DNA of 64,000 bases from a virus (lineage: Duplodnaviria > Caudoviricetes), in IMG/VR virus record IMGVR_UViG_3300021514_000002, positions 299,532 through 363,531 of that record; one strand, written 5' to 3'. Of the stretch, positions 57,747 through 64,000 are shown piece after piece. The stretch's first letter is position 1. Each line of letters begins with the position of its first letter. The position numbers were made by a program, and so were the translations under genes. The notes beneath the pieces are model-generated. The model ran no database searches. It was not told the origin of the DNA and saw only the letters and a list, made by a program, of their open reading frames with translations.

Positions 57747-58178
57747 TTAGTTATTATTATTATTGTTTTCAACGTGAATGTGTTGTACTTCTATTCCACG
57801 ATCTTTTAAATAGTCCAGCCCTTCAGTGTTTTTATATATTTCATCATAATATACAGTGCTAACCCCAGCGGCTGCCAATCTTCGCGCACAACCTACGCAG
57901 GGGCAAGTTGTGACAAATACTGTACTATCTGTAGCATTACTTGGACTACGGATTAATTTACGAAGAGCATTGTCTTCAGCATGTACAACATTTGGTTTTG
58001 AATTGCCACCATCATCTTCGCATATATTTTCTTCGCCAGGATTTGTGCCATTGTATCCAATGGCAATAATAGTATCGTCTTTAACTATGACACAACCAAC
58101 TTGTCTGCGTTTGCAATAAGAAAGGGTCGCGTATACGTATGCGGCTCGCATGTGAGCCAGTGCGTGTTTCTGTTTCAT
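57747..58178 (-). CDS. cd: dCMP deaminase
   Basis: QVGCVIV, GYNG, HAEDNAL, PCVGCA. Confidence 0.9.
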   Translation of the reverse strand: MKQKHALAHMRAAYVYATLSYCKRRQVGCVIVKDDTIIAIGYNGTNPGEENICEDDGGNSKPNVVHAEDNALRKLIRSPSNATDSTVFVTTCPCVGCARRLAAAGVSTVYYDEIYKNTEGLDYLKDRGIEVQHIHVENNNNNN

Positions 58179-58220
58179 GGTGAAGAGTATGTTTATTTAT
58201 AGTTGTTATTATTTTTAGCG

Positions 58221-58249
58221 ATAATATCAGAAAATCCTAATATAGTCAA
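58221..58249 (-). promoter_or_regulatory. sigma70-type promoter for the dCMP deaminase / RNR operon
   Basis: Minus strand TTGACT-N17-TATTAT with extended TG; a TATAAATA also lies at 58194-58201 (minus strand). Confidence 0.7.
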
Positions 58250-58298
58250 CACCTTCTGCGTGGAAAATATTTGATATTTTATTTGACTAAATATTTTC

Positions 58299-58496
58299 AT
58301 GACAAACAACGAGAAAAATGCCTTACTATTATACATGGAATATCGTTTATTTGATTTTTGTACACAAATTGAACAAAAAGAAAAAGCTGGCGAAATTGGT
58401 TGCATTTACGATGAAATGTATGCTATCTTGTCTGACATGGACGAAACGTTAGAAGTTTACATGGATTTGACAGAAAACGGTAAAAAAGGCACTTGA
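58299..58496 (+). CDS. Hypothetical small acidic protein
   Basis: 65-aa ORF filling the intergenic gap; no motif recognised. Confidence 0.35.
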   Translation: MTNNEKNALLLYMEYRLFDFCTQIEQKEKAGEIGCIYDEMYAILSDMDETLEVYMDLTENGKKGT

Positions 58497-58521
58497 CAGC
58501 AAAGTGCCAATGTAGTATAGT
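58493..58521 (+). promoter_or_regulatory. sigma70-type promoter with an overlapping palindrome
   Basis: TTGACA-N17-TATAGT; GGCACTT-N7-AAGTGCC at 58488-58508. Confidence 0.7.
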
Positions 58522-58593
58522 AACAATGTGCCACTGTGCATGGGTGTATTGGGGCAACCTGATATTTTGTATAACATTTTCGAGGAGTAATCC

Positions 58594-58875
58594 ATGGAAA
58601 AAGATTTTAATAGAGAAATCAATATTGATGAAGTCGTCAAATATCTTTCTCGAACCTTTTCCAAAGCTACCGCAAAAGCTGCTAGTAGAATCGGCAATAA
58701 AGCGATCCGTTCGAAGGAACATGGAAATGTATGGATAACCACATTATTATATGACTATCAGGTAGAATTTTGTTACCTAGTCGATAATATTCAACGTGGT
58801 CCGAAGTATATTGCAACGAAAAGCATTCAGCGCGCAAATGAGTTGATTGCGGAAATCGAAGCACAACACGGGTAA
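58594..58875 (+). CDS. Hypothetical protein
   Basis: GAGGAG SD, downstream of the promoter. Confidence 0.65.
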   Translation: MEKDFNREINIDEVVKYLSRTFSKATAKAASRIGNKAIRSKEHGNVWITTLLYDYQVEFCYLVDNIQRGPKYIATKSIQRANELIAEIEAQHG

Positions 58876-58932
58876 TACATGTGCCATTAGGAAGTGGGAA
58901 ACTTCCCACTTCCAGAACGCATAAATAGATAT

Positions 58933-59508
58933 ATGCGTGTAAAAGACTTAATTTATGATTATAAAATTGGTGCTCTGGAACCAATTAAACAACAATGTGC
59001 CCAGTTCTTTGAAGAATCGGCTGGGCTTCCTATGGTTAAAAGTTTACCACAAATCTATGAAGATTTTAAGAAAGTTAAAGTACGCAAAAGAAAGCATACT
59101 AACACATTTTCTAACATGTTCAATGGTGCGTTTAAGAATGAAATAAATAACTTACGGGAACGTTCAATATTTGCCAATGGTTTGGCGGCAATTGAACACA
59201 ATATCATGGAATCCACCGAACCGTTCTACATTTTCCCCATAGATGGATACAAATTTCTATATAGTAAGGAAGTAGAGGATTCGAATAAAAATTATAAACA
59301 AGTATTTGAATCAATCCTTGACCAATTAGGAGAACAGTCTGGTAAGGATGTAGTGACAGATCTTCTTAGGTTTACATATATATCTGAAAATCTGGTAGCT
59401 GGAATTGAATCTGGTGCAGAAATTATATTATACGGCGTTCCATATTATTATGCGGTTCGTGAATCGTGTATAGATAATTATGATGAGCTCTTGACAGTAC
59501 TCACATAA
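58933..59508 (+). CDS. Hypothetical late protein, possible ADP-ribosyltransferase-like fold
   Basis: CATAAATA upstream; VRKRK...RSIFA...YIFP.DG.KF.YS...SGAEIIL pattern. Confidence 0.4.
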   Translation: MRVKDLIYDYKIGALEPIKQQCAQFFEESAGLPMVKSLPQIYEDFKKVKVRKRKHTNTFSNMFNGAFKNEINNLRERSIFANGLAAIEHNIMESTEPFYIFPIDGYKFLYSKEVEDSNKNYKQVFESILDQLGEQSGKDVVTDLLRFTYISENLVAGIESGAEIILYGVPYYYAVRESCIDNYDELLTVLT

Positions 59509-59551
59509 GTGTAGTATTATAGACAAATACCAATAAAATAATAAAAAGGGT

Positions 59552-59842
59552 ATGAAAATGGATTCATTTATTTTTTCCGTGCAACACGTATGGTTGCTCA
59601 TTAACTACAATAAGAAAGCACAAGAAATTGCCAAATGGTGCGCTAACGCATTCATGTACGTCAGTGCTATACTTCTGTCGGTTTCCGTAGCAGCCTCACT
59701 AATACCAGTAACCTATATAGGTTTTCTAATAGCACATATCATTTGGGCATTTTTCGCGTGGAAGATTAAAGACATTCCTCTTTTCACGCAATTTATCTTC
59801 TTCATACCCATCGACCTATATGCAATGTATATTAGGTTATAA
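59552..59842 (+). CDS. Small membrane protein
   Basis: About 3 hydrophobic helices; TTGACA-N18-TATTAT at 59491-59520. Confidence 0.6.
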   Translation: MKMDSFIFSVQHVWLLINYNKKAQEIAKWCANAFMYVSAILLSVSVAASLIPVTYIGFLIAHIIWAFFAWKIKDIPLFTQFIFFIPIDLYAMYIRL

Positions 59843-59869
59843 AATAATAACAATAAATAGGAGTACGCC

Positions 59870-60175
59870 GTGAAAAAAGGTGACGTAATAGCAATAAAAA
59901 CAGTAAGTAACGAAGAAGTAGTAGCACAACTTAAGAGTGTACAAAATGATCATTTTGTTCTTGGGAAAGCAAGGGCATTGGTAATGCAGCAACTGCCAGA
60001 TGGCAGCGTGACACTAGGTATGTTGCCATTTATGGCAAGCGCACATAATCCAGAATTTGATACTGAATCGAATGTTAAGTTGTATAAAAAAGATATAATG
60101 GGTGAAGTAGTATCAGTTCCAGAAGCACTAGTAAAAACATATTTACAACAAGTTTCTGGTATAAAGTTAGTATAG
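59870..60175 (+). CDS. Small beta-barrel (Sm/SH3-like) hypothetical protein
   Basis: GDVIAIKTVSNEEVVAQL pattern; GGAG SD with GTG start. Confidence 0.45.
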   Translation: MKKGDVIAIKTVSNEEVVAQLKSVQNDHFVLGKARALVMQQLPDGSVTLGMLPFMASAHNPEFDTESNVKLYKKDIMGEVVSVPEALVKTYLQQVSGIKLV

Positions 60176-60187
60176 TAAGGACACACC

Positions 60188-61198
60188 ATGTCAATTGTAG
60201 TGTATAAATGTGATATATGTAAACGGGAAAAGGAATTTCGGCGTAACATTGAAGGGCTTGAAAAAGTTCAACGTTGTACGATTACGCATGGTTGTCGTGG
60301 TAAATTGTTTCAAACTGGGGTCTTCCCCGACTATATTCGCGCCAGCGCACCAGACCGTGTAAATGGTTTAGATGAATGGCGTCAACGCAAAGTTTTGCAT
60401 AATCATACGCAGTCTATTGCTAGAACTGAATGGTTAATTGAGCATAATCTTGGAACTTTCCCAGCTATTTCTGTTTTTGTCAATATTCCAATCGAGGGCA
60501 ATCCAGACAATACTGAGGAAATTACCCCTACTGATACGATTGTAATAGACAATAATAATATTACATTGCGATTTGATCGTTCGTGGTCTGGTATTGCGCA
60601 ATTAGTTGCCCGTCAATCAGACCCAGATCTTTTACGACCATATACACGTACAACGTTAGTTACTACAGCACTTCAACAAATTTCTAATCTTGGTGAAATT
60701 GCGATAGCTACAAGAGTCTCGACCGTTGGCGAAAGTCCAGAAGTTTCATTGATTGCGGCATACACCACAACACAAAATACTATTATCAATAAAACATATT
60801 CTGTAAGTGATAATTTATTAAGCACCGTTTCGCCATGGAACGATTATGATAAGGTAGTAATAAAAGGAAAAATATATACTATCCGTAGTTTCCAAGGCGT
60901 CGGGCAAGAAATGCATGATGAAACAATTTCCTCGGGCTCTACATTTAGATTCACTAACATAATTGACAACTTAGGTTCGCCGCCAACATCTAGAACTATT
61001 TTACAAGATGAAGTGTATATTTTATTTGCAAGTGCACCGTTTGCTATTATTGATAAAGCAGCTGACCGATATATTGATGTATATGATGTTACGGAAACAG
61101 AAAATATATTCGCACTTTTATATGATTCAGGTGAATTTTATGCAAAAACAGATATCATACAAGATACTTATCCTGCAATACGTTTAGTAAATCAATAA
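60188..61198 (+). CDS. Hypothetical protein, possibly structural, with an N-terminal Cys cluster
   Basis: CDIC...RC....GC; contains HNLGTFP, a fibre-type motif. Confidence 0.45.
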   Translation: MSIVVYKCDICKREKEFRRNIEGLEKVQRCTITHGCRGKLFQTGVFPDYIRASAPDRVNGLDEWRQRKVLHNHTQSIARTEWLIEHNLGTFPAISVFVNIPIEGNPDNTEEITPTDTIVIDNNNITLRFDRSWSGIAQLVARQSDPDLLRPYTRTTLVTTALQQISNLGEIAIATRVSTVGESPEVSLIAAYTTTQNTIINKTYSVSDNLLSTVSPWNDYDKVVIKGKIYTIRSFQGVGQEMHDETISSGSTFRFTNIIDNLGSPPTSRTILQDEVYILFASAPFAIIDKAADRYIDVYDVTETENIFALLYDSGEFYAKTDIIQDTYPAIRLVNQ

Positions 61199-61230
61199 AA
61201 AATAAAAATAATAAAAAATAAAGAGAATAA

Positions 61231-62556
61231 ATGGATAACAAAAAACAAAAACTATTAATAGAATTATTAATATCTTCTTCTGATACGTTTGCATTATGTC
61301 AAAATATCGTTGAATCTATTTACTTTGATCCTGAGTATCGCAATTCTGTAGAGTTTATTAAGAACTACTACGATGATTATAGTACTACCCCAAATGTACT
61401 TCAATTAGAAGCAGAATGTAATCAAGTTTTTAAGATTCACGATGTTGCCCCCGATGAAGTAAAGTACTGTGCTACGGAGATAGAAAAATTTTGTAAACAC
61501 GGCGCAATGAAAAAAGCATCATTGGCATTACCAGGGCTCATTAAAGAAGAAAAATATGCAGAAGCCGAAACGATGGTTAAAGAAGCTGTTCTGGTTTCAT
61601 TAACTAAAGAGTTAGGACTCCGTTATTTTGAAACGGTGGAAGACCGTTTGGAAAGAATGCTTAAAGAAGATCCAACGTTTCCTACGGGTTGGACAGGTAT
61701 AGACATCGCATTATTTGGTGGTATTTCTAGAAAAGAATTATTATTGTTGTCGGCAAACTCAGGTGGTGGTAAATCAATTACATTGGCAAATTTAGCGTTT
61801 AATTTCGCAAATGCTGGCATGAATGTATTGTACATTTCATTAGAATTATCCGAAGACATTGTAGCCCAACGATTTGATACGATGTTTTCAGGCGTTAGCC
61901 GCAGGGATTGGAAAGATAACACTGATACGATAACAAAACGGGTTCAAGCAGCAGCCAATGACGCGGGTATTATTGATATAATCCAAATGCCAACAGGCAC
62001 TACTGCTAATCAAATTCGTGCTTATTTAAAAGAATTTTATCTACATTACAATATGTCACCCGATTTATTGATTCTTGATTATCTTGACAATATGTCACCA
62101 AATGAGCATGTTTCGGCTGATAATGTATTTGAAAAAGATAAGCGCAGCTCTGAACAGTTACGCCAAATTGCAGTAGATTATAATATGTTTGCTGCAACTG
62201 CCTCCCAACTAAACAGAAGCGCTATTGGTGCAACTGATCATAACCATAGTCAAATTGCAGGTGGTATTAGTAAGATCAACGTTGCTGATGTCTATTGGTC
62301 AATTATAATGACAGAAGAGATGCGTGCCATGGGAAAAATTATATTCATCCTTCAGAAGACGCGTAATAGTGATGGATTGGGCGTACAAGTCCACCTTAAA
62401 TGGGATGGAAAGTATCTAAGAATTGTTGATGAAGAAGGCGATACACCAAAACCATTAACATTTAATAAAAAAGAATCTAACAATTCATCTGATTTTGTGG
62501 ATTCAGATAAACCAACCGGCGATAAATTAACCGCGTTGCTTAGTAGTTTTACATAG
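61231..62556 (+). CDS. gp41: Replicative DnaB-like helicase
   Basis: PTGWTGID...GG, ANSGGGKS, YISLELSE, ILDYLD, TASQLNR, KTRN. Confidence 0.9.
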   Translation: MDNKKQKLLIELLISSSDTFALCQNIVESIYFDPEYRNSVEFIKNYYDDYSTTPNVLQLEAECNQVFKIHDVAPDEVKYCATEIEKFCKHGAMKKASLALPGLIKEEKYAEAETMVKEAVLVSLTKELGLRYFETVEDRLERMLKEDPTFPTGWTGIDIALFGGISRKELLLLSANSGGGKSITLANLAFNFANAGMNVLYISLELSEDIVAQRFDTMFSGVSRRDWKDNTDTITKRVQAAANDAGIIDIIQMPTGTTANQIRAYLKEFYLHYNMSPDLLILDYLDNMSPNEHVSADNVFEKDKRSSEQLRQIAVDYNMFAATASQLNRSAIGATDHNHSQIAGGISKINVADVYWSIIMTEEMRAMGKIIFILQKTRNSDGLGVQVHLKWDGKYLRIVDEEGDTPKPLTFNKKESNNSSDFVDSDKPTGDKLTALLSSFT

Positions 62557-62617
62557 CAATAAATAACGATAAGTATCAAAATGTATGTATAACATAATAA
62601 TATAGGAGAATATACAA

Positions 62618-62917
62618 ATGCCAAAAGTAACAGATATAACAGTATTGAATATCGATGAGACCCCTTATGCGGTTGAGTCGTTGTCAGCGGAAGTGCAAGC
62701 CTTAGTTGAAGTTTACAATGAATGGAATCGTAAAGAAGCTGACGTGCGCGATGAATTGACACGTTTTCAAGCCGCAAAAGAAACTCTTTCGCGTCAAATT
62801 ATCAGTAAAGTACGCGAGGGTATTGAGGAAGAAGCTGAAGTTGAAGCGACTGCACCAGAAGTTACCAAAGTTGCAGTCGAAGAAACCACGGCTGATGAAA
62901 CCGTAGCGGCTGAGTAA
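62618..62917 (+). CDS. Small acidic coiled-coil protein
   Basis: GGAG SD; LNIDETPY.VESLS.E pattern followed by a coiled coil. Confidence 0.6.
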   Translation: MPKVTDITVLNIDETPYAVESLSAEVQALVEVYNEWNRKEADVRDELTRFQAAKETLSRQIISKVREGIEEEAEVEATAPEVTKVAVEETTADETVAAE

Positions 62918-62936
62918 TAGTCTTATTATTTGCGAT

Positions 62937-62963
62937 AAAAATCCCCACTAAGTGGGGATTTTT
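62937..62963. terminator. Rho-independent terminator
   Basis: AAAAATCCCCACT-A-AGTGGGGATTTTT. Confidence 0.85.
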
Positions 62964-63038
62964 ACTCACATCAAATAAAACGTATCTTCATAGTCCAAAC
63001 GTATAAATACATTAAATATTTAAATATGGGAAACTTTT

Positions 63039-64000
63039 ATGTCATTATTACATGATTTGATACAAGAAATGGACGCAGCTGCGCCAGCAGCTGCAACAGG
63101 CGCAGGTGCAGTAGCCGCAACCCCAGGATCATTATTCGCGGGCGGTATTGTTGATTCTAAGAAAGAAAAACGAAAGAAAGCAAAAATGATGCGTCGTATC
63201 ATGAACATGAAGGAAAGTCTTGGTGTCGATCTTGGTGGTGTAGATTTTGATGCATCTGATGTAGTTTCCAGAATTGATGCTGCAGTAAAGAAGACCGAAC
63301 AGAATGATGATACGACCGCTTTTGGTTTAGAAGATGAAGATGGTAACATGGTAAAAGTATACGTCAGAGATGACCAGGCGAAGGATTTTGAAAATCAATT
63401 AGCTACTATGTTGGCAGGTGAAGACGATGATGAAAATCAAGAAACCACATCTTTAGAAATCGCCGAAGTGTTATTTAAGTTGAAAGATAAATTTGATATT
63501 GTTGATGTAGAATGGCCTGGCATTGCAGGTGATGAAGAAGAACAAGAAGTGGACAGCTCTGGCGGCGGTTTAGGTGCCGAAGGTGGAGCAGGTGCCGAAG
63601 CAGGAGCCGAAGGCGGTTTAGGTGCAGAAGGTGATGTAGAAGGTGGTGATTTGTCTGGTATTGAAGGTGATGAAGCTGGTCTTGATGCAGAAGGCGACAT
63701 GACTGCGGATGAAGAAGGTGCGGAAAGTGCATTGAAGCAAGTTATAGACATGATGAAATCTGATGCAGAAGCTAAAAAAGCAGAAGCTGATGCAAGAACG
63801 GCAGAAGCAAAAGCAAAAGAAGCGGAATTTACTGCACAATCGTCTGCGAACAAAGTGCGTAAAGACGAACAGATTTATGACATGGAAGCAGCGGAAAAAG
63901 AAAAATCGGAACAAGAAAAAGAAACGCAACAATTAGCGAAGCTTGCAAGATTCCAACATCAAAAAGCACAAGATGCTGAAGTAAAATTATCAATGAAGGC
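63039..64000 (+). CDS. Acidic late protein, truncated by window end (not in the ORF track)
   Basis: TATAAATA at 63002; open frame MSLLHDLIQEMDAAAPAAATG... to the end of the window, with a GAEG-rich linker and a C-terminal coiled coil. Confidence 0.8.
   Translation, partial: MSLLHDLIQEMDAAAPAAATGAGAVAATPGSLFAGGIVDSKKEKRKKAKMMRRIMNMKESLGVDLGGVDFDASDVVSRIDAAVKKTEQNDDTTAFGLEDEDGNMVKVYVRDDQAKDFENQLATMLAGEDDDENQETTSLEIAEVLFKLKDKFDIVDVEWPGIAGDEEEQEVDSSGGGLGAEGGAGAEAGAEGGLGAEGDVEGGDLSGIEGDEAGLDAEGDMTADEEGAESALKQVIDMMKSDAEAKKAEADARTAEAKAKEAEFTAQSSANKVRKDEQIYDMEAAEKEKSEQEKETQQLAKLARFQHQKAQDAEVKLSMK

Noticed and set aside
25498-62556. Inteins or introns in TerL, UvsX, RNR or gp41
   Set aside because: Lengths and motif spacing look normal; no C/S...HN junction blocks.
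2139-63932. Numerous antisense or alternate-frame ORFs in the track (e.g. 3807-4196, 13107-13589, 39989-40606, 56369-57304, 63437-63853)
   Set aside because: They shadow well-supported genes, lack SDs or motifs, and show antisense-type composition. The 311-aa ORF 56369 is the reverse frame of the RNR.
1-64000. tRNA, rRNA or CRISPR arrays
   Set aside because: No cloverleaf or T-loop consensus, and no regularly spaced repeat-spacer series, seen in the short intergenic regions.
1-64000. Stop-codon recoding as seen in some large phages
   Set aside because: Core genes are full length under the standard code, and TAA, TAG and TGA all serve as stops.

Overview
This is 64 kb of an AT-rich, large T4-related (myovirus-like) phage genome read in the standard genetic code. 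It holds the head module (portal, protease, scaffold, major capsid), neck, tail sheath and tube, terminases, a minus-strand fibre operon and an M15 endolysin. It also holds a tail fibre with an RCC1 propeller and modification enzymes, replication and nucleotide genes (gp32, UvsX, gp41, class II-like RNR, dCMP deaminase) and four homing endonucleases. T4-type late promoters (TATAAATA) and sigma70-type promoters are both visible. No tRNA, rRNA, CRISPR array or intein was seen. The main candidates for an undescribed system are: (1) a divergent cassette between the small and large terminase genes, with a stripped-down capsid paralog and a terminase ATPase paralog lacking both catalytic residues, sharing a perfect 14-bp inverted promoter-like motif; (2) a sulfotransferase / Fe-S / methyltransferase / TPR-glycosyltransferase cluster beside the fibre genes; (3) late-expressed enzymes (kinase-like, Mrr-N-like, ART-like) with a shared N-terminal head-targeting-like motif. 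All product calls come from motif recognition by eye; no database searches were run.
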